Assembly: GCA_028715175.1 (NCBI GenBank) | Contig: JAQUSJ010000001.1 | Coordinates: 674,386-738,385, forward strand | Source: Candidatus Daviesbacteria bacterium | Lineage (GTDB): Bacteria > Patescibacteriota > Microgenomatia > Daviesbacterales > UBA10151 | Direction: 5' to 3' | DNA length: 64,000 bases | In this document: positions 1 to 7,843 of the stretch, in pieces | Layout: each line of letters starts with the position of its first letter | Position numbering within the stretch: the stretch's first letter is position 1 | Position numbers and translations under genes: made by a program | The notes under the pieces: generated by a model | What the model was told of the DNA's origin: nothing | The model's database searches: none | Seen by the model: only the letters and a program-made list of their open reading frames with translations

Positions 1-447
1 TTTCAACATTTGAGATAACCTTGGCGGCTCAGAATAGATAAATTCATCTCCCCAGACAACAGCGAAAGGTTCGTCTTCAATAACCGATTCTCCGGATAAA
101 ACCGGAGTTCCGTTCCCATAAGGACCTTTTTGTCTGATGTAAATAAAGTTTGCCATATCTGAAATATGCTTAATCTGTGCTAGAGCCTCAGCTTTTTTAC
201 CATTCATTAAATTCTGAACCAAATCCTCATTAGGAACATCAAAGTGGTCTTCAATTGCCCGCTTGGTTGCGCCGGTTACAATAATAATATTGTCTATTCC
301 GGAACCGACTATTTCTTCAACCACATACTGGATCACCGGTTTATCAACAATAGGAAGCATTTCCTTGGGCATAGCTTTGGTTTGAGGAAGAAATCTGGTG
401 CCAAATCCTGCAGCAGGTATTAAAGCTTTGGTTACCTTTTTAGCCAT
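1..447 (-). CDS. galU: UTP--glucose-1-phosphate uridylyltransferase (N-terminal part; gene runs off the window edge)
   Basis: Reverse translation from the ATG at 447 gives MAKKVTKALIPAAGFGTRFLPQTKAMPKEMLPIVDKPVIQYVVEE..., with the GxGTRFLP nucleotidyltransferase signature typical of GalU. No stop before position 1. Confidence 0.8.
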   Translation of the reverse strand, partial: MAKKVTKALIPAAGFGTRFLPQTKAMPKEMLPIVDKPVIQYVVEEIVGSGIDNIIIVTGATKRAIEDHFDVPNEDLVQNLMNGKKAEALAQIKHISDMANFIYIRQKGPYGNGTPVLSGESVIEDEPFAVVWGDEFIYSEPPRLSQMLK

Positions 448-555
448 AGTTTTGATTATATACTATTTCACCCTTTCAATATAGGTGTGCGCTTATGAAA
501 AAATCCAAATCTCTTTTCGCCAAAACGCAAAAATTTTAATATACTTCCTCCCAAC

Positions 556-583
556 CCCTACCCACCTTTTACAGTGGGTAGGG
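556..583. terminator. perfect 10-bp hairpin CCCTACCCAC-(8 nt)-GTGGGTAGGG between the Pro-rich ORF and galU
   Basis: Read directly. No adjacent U-tract, so function uncertain (terminator, attenuator or another small palindromic element). Confidence 0.3.
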
Positions 584-620
584 ATTTCAAACCTTCCCTC
601 AATAACCTTAACTAATTCAG

Positions 621-947
621 CTAAGGTCTTGGGTGAGGAGGTCTAGGCGATTCTGGATGCTCACCAGGAACCGGTGGCCTTGGATGTCCAGATCTTGGTT
701 CAACAGGCGGTTTTTTGAGTTCAAATCGACTCAACACATCAACTACGCCTTCTATCTTTAGATTAGGATCTCCAGATTCTAAAGCAGTAATTAGGTTTTC
801 CGCGATTGGTCTCAACTCGACCTCTCTCTTTGCCTCTACTGGCTCTGGCGGCCTTGGATCTCTATGATCAAGTGGTTCAGGTGGGCGTTGTTGTTGCCCC
901 AATTCATGAGGCAACGGTCCTGAACGTCCTCCTCGTCTTTCTTCCAT
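621..947 (-). CDS. hypothetical proline-rich small protein
   Basis: 108-aa ORF, locally GC-richer and rich in P/R/E (…RPPEPLDHRDPRPPEPVEAK…PRPPVPGEHPESPRPPHPRP). A canonical SD AAAGGAGGTGATT sits 6 nt upstream of the ATG. No recognisable domain. Confidence 0.4.
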   Translation of the reverse strand: MEERRGGRSGPLPHELGQQQRPPEPLDHRDPRPPEPVEAKREVELRPIAENLITALESGDPNLKIEGVVDVLSRFELKKPPVEPRSGHPRPPVPGEHPESPRPPHPRP

Positions 948-1000
948 CTTTAATCACCTCCTTTCGGAGAAGTAATAGTTCATATGAGCGTCTACAATAT

Positions 1001-1174
1001 CTATTTAGATTTTAAGCTCAATAAAACTTCAACTTTGCCTTCCAACCGTCCTACCTTTTCTTTCAAATCAAATATCTCTTTCAATATATGAGGCGGGACA
1101 TCATGCGGTTTCGGAGGAGGCGGTGGTGGTAGCTTAGGTTTTTTCTCTGGTTTATTAGATATTTCGTTAGCCAC
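1001..1174 (-). CDS. hypothetical 57-aa polyproline-containing small protein (GTG start; absent from the ATG-only ORF track)
   Basis: Hand translation gives VANEISNKPEKKPKLPPPPPPKPHDVPPHILKEIFDLKEKVGRLEGKVEVLLSLKSK*. It is preceded by the same SD AAGGAGGTGATT plus 6-nt spacer as ORF 621..947. Confidence 0.3.
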   Translation of the reverse strand: MANEISNKPEKKPKLPPPPPPKPHDVPPHILKEIFDLKEKVGRLEGKVEVLLSLKSK

Positions 1175-1209
1175 TATGAATCACCTCCTTTGTAATAAAA
1201 TTTAGCATA

Positions 1210-2520
1210 TTAAAATAGCTTCATGTACAATGGCAGAATCACGGCATAAAATAAGAGCATAAACAAGCTAAAGGGAATACCAAACTTAATATAACTAGCA
1301 AAATCAACCCTTGAATCTTTTTCATAAGTTGAGGTTTGATGAGCAAGAATGATTCCGGCAGAGGCTGCAGTTATAAGACTGGAGGAACCAGCACATATTC
1401 CAGCTCCCAAAGCCCATGCCCCTAAGTGGGTAGGGAAAAGTTTGGCTATGAGAGGTGATGTTGCTGTTGCCCATGAAGCTGCTTCAGTAGATAACGTTCC
1501 CAAATAAGAAAGGGCTAAAACCGGATAAATACTACCAGTGTTTGTTTGGAGAAAACCTTCAATTAACTTACCAATTCCGATTGCTGAGTGTCCAAATACT
1601 TGCGCCAAAACAAAAATAGAAATTAAAGTAAAATATGTTTCAATACCCAATGCATAGAGAGTTTTTGTCCTTCCAGCATTGGGGGTTCCAAGTAAAGCAA
1701 CTACAATTCCAAGTGCTGAAAGTGGAATTTCATATAGAGGAAAGAAAAGAGGACCCATAACTGCTATAAGTAATGCCATTATTCCAAAAGTAATCAGTCT
1801 ATTATCTACTGACATAAATCTACCTTCAGTTTTAAATTTGATCATTGAATAAGCTAGTTTAATTCTAGATACGTCACGGTTATTGCCAACCATTCTTTTT
1901 GTTAAGAAATAAGCTACAAATGCGAGTATAAAAACGAGAAGCATATTTACTGGAAGTATTTCTCTAAAAAAATCAACATGTTTCAAGCCCCACACTTGAG
2001 ATTCCACTATATTGGGCGTATCTCCCCATCTGGTACTAAATCCCCCCAAATTAGATGCAATTAAAGCAGCAGAAAGTATAAAAATGGCAGGTAGTTTATA
2101 CGCTTTTGATAAAACGTAAATTATGTAAGAGTTTACCAATATGCTTGTTGTGTTATGAAATAAAGCGGCCATAACATAAGTTGTAAAGATAGAAATAATA
2201 GATACCAAAAGAACAATATCTGCCTTAAATTTTAAATTTAAGGAGCCAATCATCGCTCCTATCCTAGTTCCTAAAAGATTGAATAAATTACTTTCTTGCA
2301 GCATATGAGCGGGAATAGCAACTGCAGTAAATAAAAGTCCCACTCTAGCAAATTCCTTAAAACCCCCTTCTAAACTACGCAAACCTTCATTTGGACCTGC
2401 TAATATAATTGCAATAAATGCGACAAGAGGGACAGCTATTTCCTGCGAGAGTTTTCTGGCAGTCATCAGGCCAAAGCCAGACAAGATGACCACAATTAGA
2501 AGCACTGTTTGTATACTCAT
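1210..2520 (-). CDS. ArsB/NhaD-superfamily anion/cation permease (polytopic membrane transporter)
   Basis: 436 aa with about 10-12 hydrophobic helices and two repeated halves typical of the ArsB/NhaD/CitMHS permease fold. Abuts the upstream gene (2520/2521). Confidence 0.55.
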   Translation of the reverse strand: MSIQTVLLIVVILSGFGLMTARKLSQEIAVPLVAFIAIILAGPNEGLRSLEGGFKEFARVGLLFTAVAIPAHMLQESNLFNLLGTRIGAMIGSLNLKFKADIVLLVSIISIFTTYVMAALFHNTTSILVNSYIIYVLSKAYKLPAIFILSAALIASNLGGFSTRWGDTPNIVESQVWGLKHVDFFREILPVNMLLVFILAFVAYFLTKRMVGNNRDVSRIKLAYSMIKFKTEGRFMSVDNRLITFGIMALLIAVMGPLFFPLYEIPLSALGIVVALLGTPNAGRTKTLYALGIETYFTLISIFVLAQVFGHSAIGIGKLIEGFLQTNTGSIYPVLALSYLGTLSTEAASWATATSPLIAKLFPTHLGAWALGAGICAGSSSLITAASAGIILAHQTSTYEKDSRVDFASYIKFGIPFSLFMLLFYAVILPLYMKLF

Positions 2521-3414
2521 CTATAAATCTATTATTTTTGCTAGAAAATTTTTATCGCTAATTAGGGCAAAGTTTTGGTCCTTAGGTAGGTGTGGTATAT
2601 TATGAAAGTAAATTCTTTTAATATTATTAATATATTGAGTTATTAAAGAAGCTACGTTTCTACGAATCATCACACCCCCTCTAGTTTTTATTCCATCGAT
2701 AATAATGATTTCAACCTTTTGAAATTTTTCGTGTAACTCTATGGGGTCTATAACATCAATATCAATGATCAATTCCTTAAACTCTTCCATATGCGGCGGT
2801 ATAATGTGGTCCGTATTAATAATCTGACCTTCGCGAAGGAATTCTAAAAAATTTAAAAATAGGTGAGGAGGAAGCGGTAACAAAACCAGTGCATTTTCAT
2901 TATAGGTCAAGTCCAGTAATAATTGTTTCTTAGTCTGCAAATTGTATATTTCTTCTTCTATAAACAAAAGGATTAAACTCTGTTTAATGGACAGGTTGTT
3001 TTCTTTAACGATTTTACTAAGCATTCTATGAAGTTTTTCATAATTTTCTTCCTGCAAAAATGAGAATATTTCTTCGGCCTCAATTGCATCTCCCAGAAGA
3101 GCTTCAAGAGTTTCTGCTTCAATTGAACTTAAGCCTGGTATTATGTATTTAACATGCTTTGACCTTGGGATATCTAGACCTTTAGATTCTTTTACAAGAG
3201 GCTTAACCGGAGTCGTTTCTTTGGAAATCTTGACAGTACTATCACCACCGTTTGGTATCTTCAAATACTTATCAACTTCTTCTTCGGATATTCTAATACT
3301 ATTACCAACTCTTACTGATTTTAATAATCCCTCCTTAATCTGTCGTCTTACCGTAGAAGTAGAAACATTTAACTTTTTTGAAACCTGCTTGATGCTGTAT
3401 AAATTATCCTGCAT
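2521..3414 (-). CDS. DNA-binding protein with N-terminal excisionase/MerR-type HTH fused to a domain of unknown function
   Basis: N-terminus YSIKQVSKKLNVSTSTVRRQIKEGLLKSVRVGNSIRISEEEVDKYL is a classic HTH_17/Xis-family helix-turn-helix. The C-terminal ~230 aa are unassigned. Co-directional with and abutting the permease. Confidence 0.55.
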   Translation of the reverse strand: MQDNLYSIKQVSKKLNVSTSTVRRQIKEGLLKSVRVGNSIRISEEEVDKYLKIPNGGDSTVKISKETTPVKPLVKESKGLDIPRSKHVKYIIPGLSSIEAETLEALLGDAIEAEEIFSFLQEENYEKLHRMLSKIVKENNLSIKQSLILLFIEEEIYNLQTKKQLLLDLTYNENALVLLPLPPHLFLNFLEFLREGQIINTDHIIPPHMEEFKELIIDIDVIDPIELHEKFQKVEIIIIDGIKTRGGVMIRRNVASLITQYINNIKRIYFHNIPHLPKDQNFALISDKNFLAKIIDL

Positions 3415-3503
3415 ATATTTGACTACAGTTGATACGGATATAATCTATCTTAGTCAACTTTATTCAAAAGTATCATAGATTAAAATGAAAGTCAAGCACG
3501 AAT

Positions 3504-3791
3504 ATGAGCCTAAAAAGTCTATATATAGACAATCTTATCGTTCGTTTTTGGCGAGAATTGTCATATATGGCGTATTATTTCACTGCCAAACAACGTAAGA
3601 AAATAGGTAATAGCCTAAAAAGAATTAGGAAGAAAAAAGAGTTAAAACAAGTTGAGGTAGCAGTAGAAGCAGGGATAAATACAAGTTATTACAGTAAAAT
3701 TGAAAGAGGCGAGGTAAATCCATCTTTAGAAAAAATTTATCGGATAATTAAAGCCCTTAAAATCCAATCTTCTAATATACTACCTTTCTAA
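3504..3791 (+). CDS. XRE-family helix-turn-helix transcriptional regulator
   Basis: …LKRIRKKKELKQVEVAVEAGINTSYYSKIERGEVNPSLEKIYRIIKALKI is a Cro/C1-type HTH. The true start may be the internal Met (MAYYF…). Divergent from 2521..3414. Confidence 0.6.
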   Translation: MSLKSLYIDNLIVRFWRELSYMAYYFTAKQRKKIGNSLKRIRKKKELKQVEVAVEAGINTSYYSKIERGEVNPSLEKIYRIIKALKIQSSNILPF

Positions 3792-3794
3792 TAA

Positions 3795-3826
3795 GTTTTA
3801 CTTATGTGTTGTATCTTTAGTAAAAC
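3795..3826. terminator. hairpin between convergent genes (8-bp stem GTTTTACT/AGTAAAAC, 16-nt loop)
   Basis: Inverted repeat read directly, lying between the XRE stop (3791) and the efp stop (3847). Possible bidirectional terminator; no strong U-tract. Confidence 0.3.
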
Positions 3827-3846
3827 CACAGGCTTTGCCAATACTG

Positions 3847-4416
3847 TCATTTCACTCTCTCAATATATTCCCCTGACCTGGTATCTACTTTAATTCTATC
3901 TCCAACTTTAATAAACATGGGAACTTTTATAACCAGACCATTATCCAAGCTAGCTTCTTTAAAAACATTAGAAACGCTGTTGCCTTTTTCCCCGGGACCG
4001 GTTTCAGCTACTGTGTAAGTCAAGCTCATTGGCAATTCCAACCCAAGAGCCTCATCTTCCGAAATAATCAATGTTACCTCTAGTCCATCTTTCAAATACT
4101 TTGCTTGATCCCCTAAAACACTGGCAGAAATTGAAAATTGCTCAAAACTTACTGGGTCCATAAAATTAAATCCGCCACTATCCTGATAAAGAAATTGGGC
4201 TTTTTTCTTTTCTACCGCAGCCTCATCAACTCTTGCTCCGGTAATAAAAGATTTCTCGTTTACGGTACCCGTCCTGACATTTCTCACTTTTACTTTGATA
4301 TTACCGGAACCACGACCGGTTTTAACGTGTTCATAAGTTAAAACAAGAAGAATATCCTTCCCTTCTTTAAAAAAAGTCCCGTTTCTAAGCTCAGTTACAT
4401 TTAATGCCATAATCAA
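3847..4416 (-). CDS. efp: translation elongation factor P
   Basis: MALNVTELRNGTFFKEGKD…KVRNVRTGTV…FMDPVSFEQF…VKVPMFIKVGDRIKVDTRSGEYIERV matches EF-P over the full length. The start is probably the second Met (4410). Confidence 0.9.
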   Translation of the reverse strand: MIMALNVTELRNGTFFKEGKDILLVLTYEHVKTGRGSGNIKVKVRNVRTGTVNEKSFITGARVDEAAVEKKKAQFLYQDSGGFNFMDPVSFEQFSISASVLGDQAKYLKDGLEVTLIISEDEALGLELPMSLTYTVAETGPGEKGNSVSNVFKEASLDNGLVIKVPMFIKVGDRIKVDTRSGEYIERVK

Positions 4417-4471
4417 TGGATTTTAGCATATAATGTCAACAATTATTTAAAAATCTTTAGCCACAAACTGT

Positions 4472-4486
4472 CCACCCCGGGGGTGG
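4472..4486. repeat. Family-B-related perfect palindrome CCACCCCGGGGGTGG, intergenic (upstream of efp)
   Basis: Read directly; part of a ~34-nt motif shared with 11945..11979. Confidence 0.7.
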
Positions 4487-4545
4487 ATTTGTATTGATAC
4501 CCTTCGATTTCACTCAGGGCAGGCCTGCGGATTTTTAAGACTTAT

Positions 4546-4938
4546 TTAATTCTTAATTTGATGGGCAATAATGGGGACTGCTTCAATTCTTTTAAATCTT
4601 TTTTCATGATCAGTAGTAGTTTTATCTACTTCACTTGCAAATTCCATAATGGTATCAACCTTGGTATTTAGTTCATCTATCTTTCTTCCTAGATTAATAC
4701 CTAAATCTGCTATCTTCCTTCCCAATCTGCTATCAACTTCGTCTATCCTGCTATCAACTTCGTCTATCCTGCTATCAACTTCGTCTATCCTGCTATCAAG
4801 CCTACTCTCAAGCCCTTTTAGATCCTGCTTAGTAGCTAATCCTTTGAGATCTTTCTTAGTAACTAAAGACTTACTTAGTCTGGATGCTAGTTTAGCGATA
4901 TCTTCATCGTTCATAGATTGATAGTAAGACAAGCACAT
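4546..4938 (-). CDS. hypothetical coiled-coil protein with heptad tandem repeats (DSRIDEV x3)
   Basis: 130 aa. The repeat block is encoded by a 21-bp unit x3 at 4741..4803. Confidence 0.45.
   Translation of the reverse strand: MCLSYYQSMNDEDIAKLASRLSKSLVTKKDLKGLATKQDLKGLESRLDSRIDEVDSRIDEVDSRIDEVDSRLGRKIADLGINLGRKIDELNTKVDTIMEFASEVDKTTTDHEKRFKRIEAVPIIAHQIKN
4722..4803. repeat. 21-bp tandem repeat (GTCTATCCTGCTATCAACTTC) x3 plus a partial copy, in frame
   Basis: Read directly from the sequence; encodes the repeated DSRIDEV heptads. Confidence 0.8.
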
Positions 4939-4964
4939 TTAAAACACAAGATAGACCATCTATA

Positions 4965-7712
4965 TCAAAACTGTTCTAAAAACTTTTTAATTTTATCCCT
5001 ATCCCTTTTTAGCCACTCTGCATTTGAATAAATTTGCTCCAGGGCTTGGGCGACAGTCCTCTTGGCTTCCGGCACAGGGTTTTTGGCAATAAAGTTTTCA
5101 ATATCAGAAGCATCTGAAACTTTTGTAAAATTACCCATTGGCAAAAAGATTCTGGGGAAGATATGTCCTCCGGCATATCTTTCTTTCAAGAGTTCCCAGT
5201 TCCTTTTGACAAACTCCCAAGCCAAGTACCGGCCCGCAGGATTATTCCAGACTGCTGCTATAATTTGCAATGAATTCTGGAACCTGACATGTTTGGAAAT
5301 GGCAAAATCCAAAGTCTTAGAAAGAAAAGTTTCGCTCTTAAATTTACCCAAAGCCCGACCAATTCTATCTTTCTCCTGCTGGTTATCTTCTTCTTTATAC
5401 ATCGCCATCAAAGTATCAAACTCTGTCTTTCCCCCATTTTCTGCTGCCAGATTATAGACAACACTCCGGAGATCCGGATCAATACTTTTGTCATTCTGAG
5501 GAGTCTTCGACGAAGAATCTCTCAACTTGTTTGAGATGTTACTGACATTCGTCAGAGATCCTTCACTACGCTCAGGATGACACAAAGAGGAAAATAGTTC
5601 CTGTGCTTTTTGGATTATCCCTTTATCACCAAAGGATCCCAATTTATACAAAACCAAACCACGAAGTAGTAAATCTGTATGTTTTTCCCCAGCCTTTTTC
5701 TGCCAGCCCATTTCTTTAACAATACTGCTAAAAATCTGCCTCCCGTAACTTCTAAAATTTTCGTAAAAAGGCTCATAGGCTAAAAGTGAATCTAACTCAC
5801 TCAAATGCTCTGTCAACACGCTCCAGACAGTGTAATCTTCTTCCGTTGCAAAAGATAAAGCCAGTTCTAAAGCCAAGCTCGTCGGCGAATCTCCGGACTT
5901 TGCCAGATCAAATGAGTCCCTAATCAAGCCTAACCTATCCGGTGCAGACAGTTTTCCATCTTTGATTGCCTCTTCCAGTCTTTTAAGATATTGCTGCGGA
6001 TAATCCACTCTGACTAAGGATGCTTCTCCTGCATTTAATTTAATCCATTCATTATCTTTAAGCCCTGGAAAGGTGATTGACTTTTTATCCATTAATAACC
6101 AGTTGTCATTGTGAGGATCCGGCGAAGCCGGAGACGAAGCAATCCGCCACGGCGGATCGCCACGCTTCGCTCGCGATGACATTATTTGTACTGGTATTGA
6201 CCAAACAGCATTATCTTTAGTTTCTTTTTTAGATATTGGACTTCCGAAGAATCTGGATTGAGTTAGCTGTAACCTGTTACCTGTAACCTGTAACCTTATC
6301 ACCGGATGACCTGGTTTTTGGGTCCAGTTCCTCATCAACTCTGCAACCGGTTTTTTAGACACCTCTGTTAAAGCTAGCCACAAATCTTCAGTCTTCGCAT
6401 TGCCATATGAGTGCTTCTTTAAATAATGTTGCAGCCCTTTTTGAAAAACTGCCGGTCCGAGATATGACATAAGCATGCGCAGAACCGATGCTCCTTTTGA
6501 ATAGCTAACCTTGTCAAAAATCTCGGAAATCTCTGCCGGATTACCAACTTCTACTTCAATCGGGTGGGTATTTTTCAAAGCATCCAAAGAGTAAGCAACT
6601 CCCATCTCCTCTGCCACAAATTGAGTCCAGATATCCCACTCAGGGAAAATATGATCTATAGCCAGATATTCAATGAATGAGGCAAACCCCTCATTAAGCC
6701 ATAAATGAGTCCACCACTCCATGGTTACCAAATCACCAAACCACATGTGGGCCAGTTCATGTGCAATCACCAAAGCTACCCATTGTTTATTGGCCGTGGA
6801 AGATCTTTCCTCATCAATCAAAAGCGTTGATTCACGGTAAGTAACAGCTCCCCAGTTCTCCATTGCTCCTGCGGCAAAATCAGGAATGGCTATCATATCC
6901 AACACCGGCAATGGATAGTCTATATCAAAATAGCCTTCGTAAAAATCCAGGCATTTCCTGGCTACATCCAAAGCAAACCTTGCTTGCTCTTTTTTTCCTT
7001 CAGTTGTAAAGACCCTTACCACTTTTCCCTTATCACTTTTCCCTTCCACATATTCAAACTCCCCCACAATAAAGGCCAAAAGATAGGTGGACATTTTGGG
7101 GGTGGGAGCAAATTCCACCATCTGATAACCGGATTCATGTTCTTTAACCACAGTTTCAATCGTATTTGATATGGCTGTGGTACCAGTTGGAATCATTAAA
7201 GTCACATCAAAAATAGCTTTCTGGGAAGGCTCATCAAAACAGGGAAAAGCCCGTCTGGCATCAGTTGATTCAAATTGGGTGGTAGCCAAATGTTTAGAAA
7301 TCCCCGCCATCTCGTATCGGGAACGGTAAAAACCTCTCATTTTATCGTTTAGGATTCCTTTAAAAATAAGTTTTAGCTTGCCTTTGCCCTTTTGGATTTG
7401 TTCTGGAAAAGTAAAAGTGGCTGTTTCCATTTCCTTGTTATACGAGATCTTTCCAGCCCAAATCTCTCTGTTGCCATGAATGAACTCAGCACTTTCTATT
7501 TCCAGTTCAATAGCATGGAGGGTAATTTGTTTAGTCGGCTTTTCCAGAGAGAGAAAAATTGTTTCCTCTCCGGTAAAGGTAAATTCATTCAAATCAGGCT
7601 TGAGCATGATTTTATAAGGAAATCTTGAAAACTCTCTTGAAAGGTTTACTTTCAAGCTTAGCTTATAACGCTCGGGCTTAACATGAGCCGAGAGCCTGAC
7701 ATTCTTTTTCAT
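4965..7712 (-). CDS. pepN: aminopeptidase N (M1 family zinc metallopeptidase), carrying in-frame repeat insertions
   Basis: GAMEN motif (AAGAMENWGAV) and HELAHMWFGDLVTMEWWTHLWLNEGFA (HEXXH-18-E). 915 aa. Contains palindromic element copies and a heptamer array (see repeats). Confidence 0.9.
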   Translation of the reverse strand: MKKNVRLSAHVKPERYKLSLKVNLSREFSRFPYKIMLKPDLNEFTFTGEETIFLSLEKPTKQITLHAIELEIESAEFIHGNREIWAGKISYNKEMETATFTFPEQIQKGKGKLKLIFKGILNDKMRGFYRSRYEMAGISKHLATTQFESTDARRAFPCFDEPSQKAIFDVTLMIPTGTTAISNTIETVVKEHESGYQMVEFAPTPKMSTYLLAFIVGEFEYVEGKSDKGKVVRVFTTEGKKEQARFALDVARKCLDFYEGYFDIDYPLPVLDMIAIPDFAAGAMENWGAVTYRESTLLIDEERSSTANKQWVALVIAHELAHMWFGDLVTMEWWTHLWLNEGFASFIEYLAIDHIFPEWDIWTQFVAEEMGVAYSLDALKNTHPIEVEVGNPAEISEIFDKVSYSKGASVLRMLMSYLGPAVFQKGLQHYLKKHSYGNAKTEDLWLALTEVSKKPVAELMRNWTQKPGHPVIRLQVTGNRLQLTQSRFFGSPISKKETKDNAVWSIPVQIMSSRAKRGDPPWRIASSPASPDPHNDNWLLMDKKSITFPGLKDNEWIKLNAGEASLVRVDYPQQYLKRLEEAIKDGKLSAPDRLGLIRDSFDLAKSGDSPTSLALELALSFATEEDYTVWSVLTEHLSELDSLLAYEPFYENFRSYGRQIFSSIVKEMGWQKKAGEKHTDLLLRGLVLYKLGSFGDKGIIQKAQELFSSLCHPERSEGSLTNVSNISNKLRDSSSKTPQNDKSIDPDLRSVVYNLAAENGGKTEFDTLMAMYKEEDNQQEKDRIGRALGKFKSETFLSKTLDFAISKHVRFQNSLQIIAAVWNNPAGRYLAWEFVKRNWELLKERYAGGHIFPRIFLPMGNFTKVSDASDIENFIAKNPVPEAKRTVAQALEQIYSNAEWLKRDRDKIKKFLEQF
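5489..5582. repeat. Family-A palindromic element, composite inverted pair (TGTCATTCTGAGG…GAAGAATCTC // GAGATCCTTCACTACGCTCAGGATGACA), in frame in pepN
   Basis: Read directly. Translated as …[30 protein letters not shown]… within pepN. Confidence 0.75.
6105..6182. repeat. Family-A palindromic element, second composite copy in pepN (GTCATTGTGAGGATCCGGCGAAGCC … GGATCGCCACGCTTCGCTCGCGATGAC)
   Basis: Read directly. Encodes …SRAKRGDPPWRIASSPASPDPHND… in frame. Confidence 0.75.
6267..6294. repeat. heptamer tandem array CTGTAAC x4 (one variant unit), in frame in pepN
   Basis: Read directly; encodes RLQVTGNRLQLTQ. Confidence 0.8.
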
Positions 7713-7754
7713 ATCGCTAGTTTAGCCTAAAAGCTGATATAATTCAATTTGAAA

Positions 7755-7837
7755 GCCGAGGTGGCGGAATGGTATACGCGATAGTCTCAAAAACTATTAG
7801 TCGCAAGGCTGTGAGGGTTCGACTCCCTCCCTCGGCA
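7755..7837 (+). tRNA. tRNA-Leu (anticodon CAA), type II with long variable arm, no encoded CCA
   Basis: Manual fold: acceptor GCCGAGG/CCTCGGC, D-arm GCG…CGC, anticodon stem ATAGT/ACTAT with loop CTCAAAA (anticodon CAA), variable arm AGTC…GGCT, T-arm GAGGG-TTCGACT-CCCTC, discriminator A. Confidence 0.85.
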
Positions 7838-7843
7838 CTCTTC

